50,618 nt of DNA from Candidatus Binatia bacterium (GCA_041490745.1 JBGPTS010000003.1:1-50618); one strand, 5' to 3'; counted from the first letter of the stretch, positions 17,474 through 27,812 are shown. Notes: generated by a model not told the origin, from the letters alone. Numbers and translations are program-made.

Positions 17474-17715
17474 CGTCGCTCCTTCCAACGCGCTCTTTTC
17501 AAAGGGTAAACGGTTATCACAAAAAGCTCCGCATCTTTTTGAAGATATACCACTTTCAACGGGAAAGCTCCAAAACGATCCCTAAAAGCTTTATATGCGA
17601 TACTCTTCCCTCCCTCGGTGTCTGCGAAGTCGGGAGATTGAACGGCGGCCTTTACTTCCTCACGGGAAATTCCGTATAAGCGCATATTATTGCGCGCATG
17701 CCGGGATATTCTCAT
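17470..17715 (-). CDS. DUF4258-family putative toxin
   Basis: ISRHARNNMRLYGIS...LKVVY...VITVY; ATGA overlap with the DUF2283 gene. Confidence 0.8.
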   Translation of the reverse strand: MRISRHARNNMRLYGISREEVKAAVQSPDFADTEGGKSIAYKAFRDRFGAFPLKVVYLQKDAELFVITVYPLKRARWKERR

Positions 17716-17718
17716 AAT

Positions 17719-18393
17719 TTAGGCCGGTCCGAGCCGCCGCTCCAAATATCCCGCGTAGCGCGACATCGCGTAGGCGCAGAGCCAATAAACGACCGCGATA
17801 AAAAGATACAGCTCGAAGGGGCGGATCTCGCGGTTGTTGACGATCTGCGCGGCCTTCGTAAGATCGACGTAGCCGATGATCGACGCGAGCGAAGTGTCTT
17901 TAAAAAGCACGATGAACTGCGTCACCAGCGCGGGGATCATATTGCGCAGCGCCTGCGGCAGCACGACGTAGCGCGTTGTCTGCGCCGGGCTCAAGCCGGT
18001 GGATGACGCCGCTTCGACTTGCCCGCGCGCGACGGATTGGATTCCCGCTCTCACGATCTCCGCCAGATAAGCCGCCTCGAAAAAGACGAAGGCCGCGAGC
18101 GCGATGCCGTATTCGGGCAGGCGAAGGCGCAGTACGATCGGCAGAATGAACCAGAACCAGAAAATCACCATCACGAGCGGCACGCCGCGGAAAAATTCCA
18201 CGTAAAGCGTCGCCGGAATACGCAGCCACCGCGCGCGCGCCAGGCGCGCGAGGCCGATGAAAATGCCGAGCGCGAAGCCCAAGAGCAGCGCCGGAATCGC
18301 CAGCCTCAGCGTGCCGCCGACGAAGTTGCCGACTCCGAGCAGGCCCTGGAGGAGAAGAAAGTCGAGATTTCTGTAGACGACGCTGAAGTCCAT
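17719..18393 (-). CDS. Polar amino acid ABC transporter permease
   Basis: YVEFFRGVPL, AYLAEIVRAGI, LFKDTSL. Confidence 0.93.
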   Translation of the reverse strand: MDFSVVYRNLDFLLLQGLLGVGNFVGGTLRLAIPALLLGFALGIFIGLARLARARWLRIPATLYVEFFRGVPLVMVIFWFWFILPIVLRLRLPEYGIALAAFVFFEAAYLAEIVRAGIQSVARGQVEAASSTGLSPAQTTRYVVLPQALRNMIPALVTQFIVLFKDTSLASIIGYVDLTKAAQIVNNREIRPFELYLFIAVVYWLCAYAMSRYAGYLERRLGPA

Positions 18394-18394
18394 A

Positions 18395-19117
18395 TTAACG
18401 CCCCGCGGCGCCGCCGGCGATCATTCCCGGAATCGCGAAGCGCCGCTCGACGCGCGCCATCGCCAACGCGATCGTCAGACACAATACCAGATAGATCAGC
18501 GTCCCGGCGGCCAGCGCCTCGAACGCTTTGGCCGTGTAGGTTTCGATCTGCCGCGTCTGGAACGTCAGCTCGGCGACGCCGATGGTCAGCGCGACGGAAG
18601 AATTTTTCAGCAGGTTGAGCGTCTCGTTCGTCGCCGGCGGCACGATCAGCCTGAGTGCGATCGGGAGAATGATCAGCCGGTACGCTTGCGCGACGCTGAG
18701 TCCCGTCGAGATCGCGGCCTCGAACTGCGTTTTGGGAATCGACTGAATGCCGGCGCGAATCACCTCCGAAAGGCGCGCTCCGTGATAGACTCCGAGCGCC
18801 ATTGTGCCGGCCCAAAATTCCGCGCCGTGATTGAAGAGCCAGTCTTGCGCCGGGCGCGGCAAGAGCGGCGGCAGCCCGAAATACCAGAAGAACATCCAGA
18901 CGAGCAGCGGCACGTTGCGAAAAAATTCGACGTAGCCCGCCGCCAGCGCGCGGAGCGGCGCGAGCGGCGCGGTGCGGAGCGCGCCTGCGAGAATCCCGAG
19001 CGCGACCGCGATGAGCCACGCCAGCGCGGAAATCTCCAGCGTCGTGACGACGCCCTGAAGCAGCCACTGCCCGGATTGGCCGGTCCAGAGAACGGACCAG
19101 GTGAAATGATAATTCAT
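18395..19117 (-). CDS. Polar amino acid ABC transporter permease
   Basis: YVEFFRNVPLLV, SEVIRAGIQSI, LLKNSS. Confidence 0.93.
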   Translation of the reverse strand: MNYHFTWSVLWTGQSGQWLLQGVVTTLEISALAWLIAVALGILAGALRTAPLAPLRALAAGYVEFFRNVPLLVWMFFWYFGLPPLLPRPAQDWLFNHGAEFWAGTMALGVYHGARLSEVIRAGIQSIPKTQFEAAISTGLSVAQAYRLIILPIALRLIVPPATNETLNLLKNSSVALTIGVAELTFQTRQIETYTAKAFEALAAGTLIYLVLCLTIALAMARVERRFAIPGMIAGGAAGR

Positions 19118-19120
19118 AAG

Positions 19121-19197
19121 AAGGCATTAGGCACCAGGCAATAGGCGCTAGAAAAGAGTTTTGGCTATTGCCTAGTGCCTCGTGCCTGTTGCCTGTT
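19121..19197. repeat. Inverted AGGCANN / NNTGCCT heptamer arrays
   Basis: aaggcattaggcaccaggcaataggcgctag ... ctattgcctagtgcctcgtgcctgttgcctg. Confidence 0.8.
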
Positions 19198-19198
19198 T

Positions 19199-20056
19199 TT
19201 ACTTCGGCACCGCCTGATAGACGATGAATTTTTTTATTTCGGACGTCATCGGGTAGGGCAGCTCGCCCTTCGGGCCGAACCATTTGTCGTAGATTTCAAA
19301 ATATTTTCCCGAATCGATTCCTTCCATCAGCGCGTTGTTGACGGCGTTGCGGAAGTCGGCGTCGCCCTTGCGCAGCGCCATTCCGTAGGGCTCGTAGGAA
19401 AAAAATTCCCCGACGATCTGCCAGGCGCCGGGGCTCGGCGCTTTGGCCTTCAAGCCGGCGAGCTGAATTCCGTCGTTCGAGTAGGCGTCCACCTGGCCCT
19501 GAGAGAGGGCCTGAAACGCGGCGGGCTGATCCGGGAACTCGCGCAGTTGGGCGGTCGGGACCTTTTCTCTAATGATGCGCGCGTTGGTCGATCCCTGCTG
19601 CGCCGCGACGCGCTTGCCGGCGATTTCCTTGAGACCTCGGATCGGACTGCCGCTCTTCACCAAAAATTGCGCTCCGGTGACGAAAAAGGTGAGGCTGAAA
19701 TCCACGCTGTCGCGGCGCGCTCGCGTATCGGTCATGGTCTCGGCGACGAGATCGACGGCGTTCGAGGTCAGCAGCGGAATGCGGGTCGGCGGCGCGGTTT
19801 CCTTTTTCTCCAGCTTCACCGGCTTGCCGATTTTTTGCGCCAGCTCCGGCACGACCAACTGCTCGACGAGATCGATCGAAAAGCCGACCCACTGGTTATC
19901 CTTATTGATGTAGGCGAACGGCGGCGAGCCGGTGCGCGTGCCGATCGTGAGCGTGCCGGTCCGCGCGATCTTCTCCAGCGTCGTCTCGGCCGCAGCCGCA
20001 ACGGCGGACAGCGCCGTTATCCCGATCGTTAAAAAGGAAATGATGGCTCGCTTCAT
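19199..20056 (-). CDS. Amino acid ABC transporter substrate-binding protein (Glu/Asp GltI-like)
   Basis: SPPFAY, TRIPLL, RRDSVDFS, QQGSTN, EPYG. Confidence 0.92.
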   Translation of the reverse strand: MKRAIISFLTIGITALSAVAAAAETTLEKIARTGTLTIGTRTGSPPFAYINKDNQWVGFSIDLVEQLVVPELAQKIGKPVKLEKKETAPPTRIPLLTSNAVDLVAETMTDTRARRDSVDFSLTFFVTGAQFLVKSGSPIRGLKEIAGKRVAAQQGSTNARIIREKVPTAQLREFPDQPAAFQALSQGQVDAYSNDGIQLAGLKAKAPSPGAWQIVGEFFSYEPYGMALRKGDADFRNAVNNALMEGIDSGKYFEIYDKWFGPKGELPYPMTSEIKKFIVYQAVPK

Positions 20057-20066
20057 AATGGTCTCC

Positions 20067-20795
20067 TCAGTGTTCGAGAATTTTGCTCAAGAATTGCCGC
20101 GCGCGCGGCGATTCGGGCGCGGCGAAAAATTTTTCCGGCGCCGCTTGTTCGACGATTTGGCCCTCATCCATGAAGATCACGCGATGCGCGACGCGCCGGG
20201 CGAAGCCCATCTCGTGCGTCACGACCGCCATGGTCATGCCGCCGCGCGCGAGATCGGTCATGACTTCGAGCACCTCGTTGATCATCTCCGGGTCCAGCGC
20301 GGAAGTCGGCTCGTCGAAGAGCATGATCTTCGGCTCCATCGCGAGAGCGCGCGCGATCGCGACCCTCTGCTGCTGGCCGCCGGAGAGATTGGCCGGGAAG
20401 GCGCCGGCCTTGTCGGGAATCCCGACGCGTTCCAAAAGCTCCACGGCGCTCTTTTCCGCCGCCTCGCGCGGCAATTTCCTGACTTTCATCGGCCCGAGCG
20501 TGATGTTTTCCATCACCGTGAGATGCGGGTAGAGGTTGAACTGCTGGAAGACAAAACCGATCTCGGCGCGGAGCGCGCGCAGATCGAGGGCCGGGTCGGA
20601 GAGCCGCTTGCCGTCGATGACGATCTCTCCGGCTTGAATCGATTCCAGCCGGTTGATGCAGCGGATAAGCGTGCTCTTGCCGCTGCCGCTCGGACCGCAA
20701 ATCACCACGACTTCGCCGCGCTCGATCCGGAGATCGATCCGCTTCAAGACGTGGAGCTTGGCGAACCACTTGTCAACTTTTTGGAATTCGACCAC
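20067..20795 (-). CDS. Amino acid ABC transporter ATP-binding protein
   Basis: [28 protein letters not shown]. Confidence 0.95.
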   Translation of the reverse strand: MVEFQKVDKWFAKLHVLKRIDLRIERGEVVVICGPSGSGKSTLIRCINRLESIQAGEIVIDGKRLSDPALDLRALRAEIGFVFQQFNLYPHLTVMENITLGPMKVRKLPREAAEKSAVELLERVGIPDKAGAFPANLSGGQQQRVAIARALAMEPKIMLFDEPTSALDPEMINEVLEVMTDLARGGMTMAVVTHEMGFARRVAHRVIFMDEGQIVEQAAPEKFFAAPESPRARQFLSKILEH

Positions 20796-20887
20796 GGGAA
20801 TGAAAAACGATTCGCAGCGCGATTTGCAAACGACCGCTTCCGCATACTATATCATCGTGACAAATTGCAACAGACGTAAGAAAAAGC

Positions 20888-20960
20888 CGTGATCGTGGTC
20901 GTGGCTCGTGCTCGGAAAGGCGGGGCCGAACACGAGCGACGAACACGAATAACGATTGAG
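20888..20960. repeat. Inverted hexamer arrays (CGTGNT / ANCACG-like)
   Basis: cgtgatcgtggtcgtggctcgtgctcg ... cgaacacgagcgacgaacacgaataacga. Confidence 0.55.
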
Positions 20961-21410
20961 ATGGATTTTTTTCTCGTACGCCATGGAGAAGCCAAATCCG
21001 ATCTCGAAGACACGCGCCGGCCGCTCAGCGCGCGCGGGCGGCTCGACGTGGAGAAGATCGCCCGTGCCGCGGCGGCGAAAAAACTCGAAGTGAGCGAGAT
21101 TCTCCACTCGGATAAGCTCCGCGCCAAACAGACCGCCGAGATCCTGGCGCGCTTTCTGGCGCCTGCCGGGGGAGTCCGGCAGATTGCCGGACTCGCGCCG
21201 GAAGACGATCCGATGTTCGTCAAGGCGGAGCTGGACGCGGCGGACGCCTCCTTGATGCTCGTCGGACATCTGCCGCACCTCGGTCGCCTGGCCGCGCTGC
21301 TCGTCACGAACGACAGCGAAAGAGAAGTCGCGCATTTTTCGCCCGCGACGATGATTTGCCTCGCGCGCGGCGCCGCCGCGTGGCAGCTCCGCTGGACGCT
21401 GGCTCCCTAA
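20961..21410 (+). CDS. sixA: Phosphohistidine phosphatase SixA
   Basis: LVRHGEA, RPLS..G, HSDKLRAKQTA, VGHLP. Confidence 0.9.
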   Translation: MDFFLVRHGEAKSDLEDTRRPLSARGRLDVEKIARAAAAKKLEVSEILHSDKLRAKQTAEILARFLAPAGGVRQIAGLAPEDDPMFVKAELDAADASLMLVGHLPHLGRLAALLVTNDSEREVAHFSPATMICLARGAAAWQLRWTLAP

Positions 21411-21503
21411 AAGAGCCGAGCGGGAGTTGACCGCCAAGCGCGGATGTTCTAATAAGGAGTTGATGCGCGATCGAGCGCGCGGCGAGAAAAAAGGGCGAGG
21501 CAC

Positions 21504-22793
21504 ATGGCATCGGACACTCTCACGATCATCGACAACCGGACCGGGCGGAAATACGAGATCACGATACGCGACGACGCCATCAACGCGGCCGACTTGCGCC
21601 AGATCCGCGTCGCCGAGGACGATTTCGGCCTGATGAGCTATGACCCCGCCTACATGAACACGGCCTCGTGCCAGAGCAAGATCACCTACATCGACGGCGA
21701 TCGGGGGATTCTCCGCTACCGCGGCTATCCGATCGAAGAATTGGCGGAAAAAAGCACCTATCTGGAGACGGCGTATCTCGTGCTCCACGGCGAGTTGCCG
21801 ACCCAATCGCAGCTCGACGAGTGGACCTACAACATCACGCACCATTCGATCCTGCACGAGAACATCAAGAAGTTCATCGACGGCTTTCATCACGATGCGC
21901 ACCCGATGAGCATGCTGGTCAGCACGGTCGCCGCCCTTTCCACCTTTTACACCGAGGCGAAAAATATTTTCGACCCGGAGTCGCGGAAGAAGCAGGCTTA
22001 CCGGCTGGTTGCCAAGATGCCGACGATCGCGGGCTTCGCCTATCGTCACAGCATCGGCATGCCGTACGCTTATCCCGACAACGACTTGAGCTACACGGGA
22101 AATTTTTTGAACATGCTGTTCAAAATGACCGAGCTCAAATACCAGCCCAATCCGGTGCTGGAGCACGCGCTCGACGTTTTGTTCATTCTTCACGCCGACC
22201 ACGAGCAGAACGCCAGCACGAGCGTGATGCGCGGCGTCGGCAGCGCGCACTCCGATCCGTATTGCTCGGTTGCCGCGGCGGCGGCGGCGCTCTACGGGCC
22301 GCTGCACGGCGGCGCCAATGAGCAGGTGCTCAAGATGCTGAGCGAGATCGGCCACAAGGACAAAGTCCCGGCGTTCATTCAAAAGGTGAAAGCGGGCGAG
22401 GGCCGGCTGATGGGCTTCGGCCACCGGGTCTATAAAAATTACGATCCGCGGGCGAAGATCATCAAGAAGGTCGCCTACGATGTCTTCGAGGTGAAAGGGC
22501 GCAACCCGCTGCTCGACATCGCGCTGGAGCTCGAGCGCATCGCGCTCGAAGACGACTACTTCATCAAGCGCAAGCTCTATCCGAACGTCGATTTCTATTC
22601 CGGCCTGATCTACCAGTCGATGGGACTGCCGATCGACATGTTTTCAGTGCTGTTTGCGATCGCGCGCACGATCGGCTGGGTCGCTCACTGGGAAGAGCTG
22701 CTGCTCGACTCCGAGCAGAAAATCGCCCGCCCGCGGCAGGTCTATAAGGGCGCCGAGAAGCGCGGCTACGTTCCGATCTCGGGTCGGAAGTAG
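21504..22793 (+). CDS. gltA: Citrate synthase
   Basis: HADHEQNAST, GPLHGGANE, LMGFGHRVYKNYDPRA, YPNVDFYSG. Confidence 0.97.
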   Translation: MASDTLTIIDNRTGRKYEITIRDDAINAADLRQIRVAEDDFGLMSYDPAYMNTASCQSKITYIDGDRGILRYRGYPIEELAEKSTYLETAYLVLHGELPTQSQLDEWTYNITHHSILHENIKKFIDGFHHDAHPMSMLVSTVAALSTFYTEAKNIFDPESRKKQAYRLVAKMPTIAGFAYRHSIGMPYAYPDNDLSYTGNFLNMLFKMTELKYQPNPVLEHALDVLFILHADHEQNASTSVMRGVGSAHSDPYCSVAAAAAALYGPLHGGANEQVLKMLSEIGHKDKVPAFIQKVKAGEGRLMGFGHRVYKNYDPRAKIIKKVAYDVFEVKGRNPLLDIALELERIALEDDYFIKRKLYPNVDFYSGLIYQSMGLPIDMFSVLFAIARTIGWVAHWEELLLDSEQKIARPRQVYKGAEKRGYVPISGRK

Positions 22794-22840
22794 TCCCCTC
22801 TAAAACTCGGCCTTTCAATTCAAAGCCCCAAAAATAATTT

Positions 22841-22960
22841 CCTCGCCCTCTTTCAGGAGGGAGAGGATAAAGGTGAGGGCAGCACGATTCGAACTAGACC
22901 TCACCCTCGCTCCTTCGACTTCGCTCAGGACAGGCCTCTCCCGCTCGCGGCCGAGGGAAG
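22841..22960. repeat. REP-like inverted pair (GGGAGAGG..GGTGAGGG / CCTCACCC..CTCTCCC) with nested 25-nt module at 22911-22935
   Basis: Inverted arms between convergent gltA and mltD-like genes; nested tccttcgacttcgctcaggacaggc. Confidence 0.7.
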
Positions 22961-22999
22961 GAGATAAGTGCGGGTACGTTGTGCCGCGTTATTGCGCGC

Positions 23000-24325
23000 C
23001 TACTTCGATTTTGTTTTTTTCGCCTGGCTTGGCGGAGATTTGGCCGGCGCTTTTTGCGGCTTTGCCTCGGGGCCGCCGCCTTGAACGATCGTCAATTGCT
23101 GTCCGATTCGAAGTTGCGAGTTCTTGAGATCGTTCGCCTCCATGATTTGATTCACGCTCACGTGGTAACGCCTGGCGATCGCGGCCAGCGTGTCGCCTTT
23201 TTGCACCGAGTGCGTGGCGACTTTGACGCCGATCGAGTCGAACTGGGTTGTGTAGGATTGATTGAAAATGTCGCCGCTGCCGGAGGGCACGCGCAGGGTA
23301 AAGCCTTGCTCGCTCGGCGGCGTCACGTTGCGGAGAAGCGCCGGATTCAGCTCCTTGAGATTGGCGACGGTGGTGCGGGCGAGCTTGGCGACGGTCTGGA
23401 GAGTGAGCGGCTTGTGGGTGGTCACTTCATCGTAGTCCATCGGCGCTTCATAAACGAGCTCGCTGAAGCCGTATTTTTCCGGCGTGCTCGCGATCGTCGC
23501 CGCGGCGATGAACTTGGGCACGTAGTTGCGCGTCTCCTGCTTCAAATTAGTTCGCTGGGTCAAGAGCCAGAAGTCGTCGGTCTGCGCGCGCTGGATGGCG
23601 GTTTCCACGCGGCGCTCGCCGGCGTTGTAGGCCGCCGCGGCCAGAAACCATTCGCCAAATTGCTGGTGCAAATCTTTCAAGTAGGCCGCCGCCGCGCGCG
23701 TCGATTTCATCGGGTCGCGCCGCTCGTCCACCCAGTTGTCGATCCTAAGCCCGTAACGCAGCCCGGTCGCGCGGATGAATTGCCACGGGCCGACGGCCCT
23801 GGCGCGCGAATAGGCGGCCGGCGAAAAGCCGCTCTCGATGAGAGAAAGATAAACAAGATCTTCCGGCAGGCCCGCTTGCTGCAGCACGGTCGCCATCATC
23901 GGAATATATTTTCCCGAGCGCGCCAGCGCGCGCTGGAAAAACTCGCGCAGCCGGCCGCAAAAATAATCGATGAAGTAGCGCACGCGATCGTTTTCCACGA
24001 GCGTCATGGAAAACTGGATCTTGCGCCGACCGGCCGGCTGTTGCATCGCCTCTTCGAAGCCTTTTTGCAATAAGTCCACCAGGCGATCGTCGGCCCTGGG
24101 GCCGGGGGCTTCCTGCAGCGCCGTCGGCGGCGTTTCGGGCGGCTTCAAATTTTCCGCCGGCGCTTTTTTTTCTTCCGCGTTTGCGGCGAACGGCGGCTCG
24201 CCGCTTTTAGATTCGGCAATGGAAGGCGTCGGCGGAGCTCCGGCAAAGGAGATCTCCGTCGCGCCGCCGAAGAAAAACCACGGCGCGAGTCCAAGGAGGG
24301 TTATGCGAATCGTTTTCTGTCGCAT
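23000..24325 (-). CDS. MltD-like lytic transglycosylase with LysM domains
   Basis: LIESGF, AVGPWQFI, AAAAYNAGE, ETRNYVPK; LysM HSVQKGDTLAAIARRY. Confidence 0.92.
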   Translation of the reverse strand: MRQKTIRITLLGLAPWFFFGGATEISFAGAPPTPSIAESKSGEPPFAANAEEKKAPAENLKPPETPPTALQEAPGPRADDRLVDLLQKGFEEAMQQPAGRRKIQFSMTLVENDRVRYFIDYFCGRLREFFQRALARSGKYIPMMATVLQQAGLPEDLVYLSLIESGFSPAAYSRARAVGPWQFIRATGLRYGLRIDNWVDERRDPMKSTRAAAAYLKDLHQQFGEWFLAAAAYNAGERRVETAIQRAQTDDFWLLTQRTNLKQETRNYVPKFIAAATIASTPEKYGFSELVYEAPMDYDEVTTHKPLTLQTVAKLARTTVANLKELNPALLRNVTPPSEQGFTLRVPSGSGDIFNQSYTTQFDSIGVKVATHSVQKGDTLAAIARRYHVSVNQIMEANDLKNSQLRIGQQLTIVQGGGPEAKPQKAPAKSPPSQAKKTKSK

Positions 24326-24421
24326 TGTAGAGGTAAACGCGGCGAGGCTACTAGAATTACGCCGAAGATTCAACCAAAACGCTTGACAACGCGCGCGCCG
24401 AGCCACTAGATTCGGGCTGAG

Positions 24422-25411
24422 ATGAAGACATCAGCCGGAGTTCTTGTCGCCGCGCTTCTTTGCGCCGGAACTTTTCCCGCCGCCGCGGCCGAGGTCGAAA
24501 AGCTCAACGTCGTCTACTCTTCGATCGCGGCCGCGTCGGTCTCGACCTGGGTTCCCAAAGAGGCGGGCATCTACAAAAAATACGGCCTCGACGTCAACCT
24601 CATCTACGTCGCCGGCTCGCAGGCGATAACGACGCTCATTTCGGGCGACACGCAGATCGCGCAAGGCTCCGGCTCGGCCGCGATTCTCTCGCGGCTCGCC
24701 GGCGCGGAAATAAAAATCATCGGCAACGTGATCAACGTGATTCCGATGAGCCTCGTGACGACGCCGGATATCTCCGGTCCGCAGGACTTGAAGGGCAAGA
24801 CGTTCGGCGTGAGCCGCTTCGGCTCCCTGACCGATCTCGGACTCCGCAAGGCGCTCGCTGAATGGGGCATCGATCCGAATAAAGACGTCAAGATGATCCA
24901 GACCGGCGGCGTGCCGGAAAATCTTCTATTCATGCAGCAGGGTCTCATTAAAGGCGCGCTGATCTCTTCGCCGACGCTGGAGAGGGCCAAAGAGCTGGGC
25001 TACAAGGAGATGCTCAACCTTGGCAATCTCAACTATCACTATCCGGGCACCGCGCTGGTGACGACCGACACGTTTATCAAGAATCGCGCGCAGACGCTCA
25101 ACCGTTTTCTCAAGGCCACGCTTGAGGGCATCAAATTCACCAAGGCCAACCCGGATCTCACGATCAAAATATTGGCCCGCTACACGCGGACGACCGATAC
25201 GAAACTGCTGGAAAGCGCTTTCCGCACTTACGTCCTCGGATATATCCGCGACGTGCCGACCGTCGCCGCCGACGAGATCGAAGCCGCGTTCGAGGAGATT
25301 ACGCCGAGGAATCCCAAGGCGAAAAGCGCGGAGCAAAAATTATTCTACGACACCGCGCCGCTCGATCAACTCGCCAAGGAAGGGTTCATCAAGCAGCTTT
25401 ATCCGCGGTGA
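24422..25411 (+). CDS. NMT1/SsuA-like ABC substrate-binding protein (orphan)
   Basis: Signal peptide; IYKKYGLDV, DLKGKTFGVSRFGS, EGFIKQLY. Confidence 0.85.
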   Translation: MKTSAGVLVAALLCAGTFPAAAAEVEKLNVVYSSIAAASVSTWVPKEAGIYKKYGLDVNLIYVAGSQAITTLISGDTQIAQGSGSAAILSRLAGAEIKIIGNVINVIPMSLVTTPDISGPQDLKGKTFGVSRFGSLTDLGLRKALAEWGIDPNKDVKMIQTGGVPENLLFMQQGLIKGALISSPTLERAKELGYKEMLNLGNLNYHYPGTALVTTDTFIKNRAQTLNRFLKATLEGIKFTKANPDLTIKILARYTRTTDTKLLESAFRTYVLGYIRDVPTVAADEIEAAFEEITPRNPKAKSAEQKLFYDTAPLDQLAKEGFIKQLYPR

Positions 25412-25476
25412 CCGCCCGAAAAACCCGGTAAAAAAATACCTGCGCGCATCATTGGACTGGGCTATATATCGCCGCA

Positions 25477-26556
25477 ATGTTCTGCGCGAAGTGCGGAAAC
25501 CAGATTGCCGAAAACTCCGGCTTCTGCTCCGGCTGCGGCGCGGGCGCAGCCGCGGCGCCGACGGCGGCCGCGCGCGCGGTCCCGCCGTCGCTGCAATTGA
25601 CCGCCGTTACCGGATTTTTCGAGGAGGTCGCGTCCGTTTCGATGCGCGAGATCGCCGGGGTCGATCAAAAACGCGCCGGCGATATCCTCAAGAGCCCCAT
25701 CTTTCTCTTGCTCTTGCTCGTCTCCGTAGTGCCGCTCGCCATCGAGGGCCTCCAGGGCAACGATACGATTCTCAACGGACTCGCGATCTGGTCGGGCACG
25801 CTCTGGGCGCTCTTGATCTACCGACTCTTCGCCGGCCGGCAGGTCAGCGTCGGCTGGGCTTTCGGCACCGTCTTCTTCACGTTCTTCATCGGTATTCCGC
25901 TCCTGTTGCTGTACCTCCAACTGCCTGGAACCGTCTTCAATTTTCTCGAGTCGGTCGGCTTCTTCCCGCTGACGCTCGCAGCCAACATCCTGGGAACCGG
26001 CGTGCGCGAGGAGCTGACCAAGGCCATCCCGCTATTTCTGATGGTCCGCCTCACCGTGCGGATGAAAAACCCCATCGAGGGCATCGTGCTCGGGATGATG
26101 TCGGGCATCGGCTTCGCCGTCGCGGAGAACGTATTGTACGCCTATACCAACCTCAACTCCGCGATGAGCAATGTGCGGAACACCGGTCAGATGATCTATC
26201 TCGTCGGGCCGATCTATCAAAACGTCGTACGCATGGCCACGACGCCGTTTTTCCATGGATGCCTCGCGGGTATCTTCGGTTACTTCATCGCGCTCGCCGC
26301 CGCGGACCGCCAGCGACGCTGGCCGCTTTTTGTTGCCGGGCTTGCGATTGCGGCGAGCCTGCACGGTATCTACGACGCGCTCGTGCCGCGCTCGCCCATG
26401 TGGGGAGTGATTGTGGAGACCGTAACCTATTTCCTGCTCCTGACCTATGTGCTCAAGGCGCACGGCGTGGCGTCGGCAAAGGAACTGGCCGACGGGCTCT
26501 TTGATTCGCCTCTGGCGCCGCGCGCTCCGGCCGTCGGGCATTCCGAAACAGTGTAG
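25477..26556 (+). CDS. PrsW-family intramembrane protease with N-terminal zinc ribbon
   Basis: CAKCG..FCSGCG; EELTK, GFAVAEN, FFH, LHGIYD motifs. Confidence 0.85.
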   Translation: MFCAKCGNQIAENSGFCSGCGAGAAAAPTAAARAVPPSLQLTAVTGFFEEVASVSMREIAGVDQKRAGDILKSPIFLLLLLVSVVPLAIEGLQGNDTILNGLAIWSGTLWALLIYRLFAGRQVSVGWAFGTVFFTFFIGIPLLLLYLQLPGTVFNFLESVGFFPLTLAANILGTGVREELTKAIPLFLMVRLTVRMKNPIEGIVLGMMSGIGFAVAENVLYAYTNLNSAMSNVRNTGQMIYLVGPIYQNVVRMATTPFFHGCLAGIFGYFIALAAADRQRRWPLFVAGLAIAASLHGIYDALVPRSPMWGVIVETVTYFLLLTYVLKAHGVASAKELADGLFDSPLAPRAPAVGHSETV

Positions 26557-26743
26557 CCGTAAGGTTCTCGTATCTTCAGCAGCTAATCCATAGCTTCGCC
26601 GGCAGTTTTCACCGCCTCCGAGCCGATTTTCGCTCATGAAGGCGAATCGCTTCTCAACCGAAGCCGCCGTTAATTTTTATCGGCGGTCCTCGGTTGACTT
26701 AGGTAGCGACGCGAAGATATTCTAGTGAATCTGGAGGACGATT

Positions 26744-27760
26744 ATGAAAGTCTACTATGACCGCGATGCGGATCTGAAATATTTAAGAGGCAAAAAAGTG
26801 GCGGTGTTGGGCTACGGCAGTCAAGGGCACGCGCACGCGCTCAACCTGAAAGATTCCGGCGTCGAAGTCGCCGTCGGATTGAAAAAAGGCAGCGCCTCAT
26901 GGCCCAAGGCGGAAAGAGCCGGCTTGAAAGTCATGGAGACGGCGGAGGCCGCCAAGTGGGGCGACATCATCATGATTTTGCTCCCCGACGAGCTGCAGGG
27001 CGAGGCGTACGAGAAAGAAATTCGTCCGGGACTCAAAGACGGGAAATATCTCGCCTTCGGCCACGGCTTCAACATCCACTTCAAAAAAGTCTTGCCGCCG
27101 AAAGGCGTGAACGTTTTCAAGGTGGCGCCGAAAGGGCCGGGCCATCTCGTCCGCAGCGAATTTGAAAAAGGCCGCGGCGTGCCCTGCCTGCTCGCCGTTC
27201 AGCAAGATCCGACCGGCGATACCAAGCAGGTCGGCCTGGCCTACGCCAGCGCGCTCGGCGGCGCGCGCGCGGCGGTCATCGAGACGACTTTCAAGGACGA
27301 AACGGAAACCGATCTCTTCGGCGAGCAGTCGGTTCTCTGCGGCTGCCTCTGCGCGCTGATTCAGGCGGGTTACGAAACTCTGATCGAGGCAGGCTATCCG
27401 CCGGAGATGGCCTACTTTGAATGTGTCCACGAGGTGAAGCTGATCGTTGATCTTATCTACGAGGGCGGTCTCGCCAACATGCGTTATTCCATCAGCAACA
27501 CCGCCGAGTACGGCGATCTGACGCGCGGCAAGCGCGTGATCGGGCCGGAAGTACGCCAGGCGATGAAAAAAATTCTCGCCGACATCCAAGCCGGAAAATT
27601 CGCCGAGGAGTGGATCGCCGAGTGCCGCGCCGGCATGCCGAATTTCAAAGCACTCCGAAAAGAGGCGGCCGAACATCCGCTGGAAAAAGTCGGCGCCGAG
27701 TTGCGCTCGATGATGCCGTGGCTCGGGCAGAACAAGCTGGTGGATAAGAGCAGGAATTAA
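26744..27760 (+). CDS. ilvC: Ketol-acid reductoisomerase
   Basis: [40 protein letters not shown]. Confidence 0.97.
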   Translation: MKVYYDRDADLKYLRGKKVAVLGYGSQGHAHALNLKDSGVEVAVGLKKGSASWPKAERAGLKVMETAEAAKWGDIIMILLPDELQGEAYEKEIRPGLKDGKYLAFGHGFNIHFKKVLPPKGVNVFKVAPKGPGHLVRSEFEKGRGVPCLLAVQQDPTGDTKQVGLAYASALGGARAAVIETTFKDETETDLFGEQSVLCGCLCALIQAGYETLIEAGYPPEMAYFECVHEVKLIVDLIYEGGLANMRYSISNTAEYGDLTRGKRVIGPEVRQAMKKILADIQAGKFAEEWIAECRAGMPNFKALRKEAAEHPLEKVGAELRSMMPWLGQNKLVDKSRN

Positions 27761-27784
27761 AAAGGCTACAGGCGCGAGGCGACG

Positions 27785-27812
27785 GTAGGGGCGACCGGCC
27801 GGTCGCCCCTAC
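27785..27812. repeat. Perfect 28-bp GTAG-type REP palindrome
   Basis: gtaggggcgaccggccggtcgcccctac equals its own reverse complement. Confidence 0.8.

Noticed and set aside
16064-17798. Prophage or integrative element with attL/attR
   Set aside because: No integrase, tRNA target or phage genes, and the repeats differ at 7 synonymous sites instead of sharing an identical core
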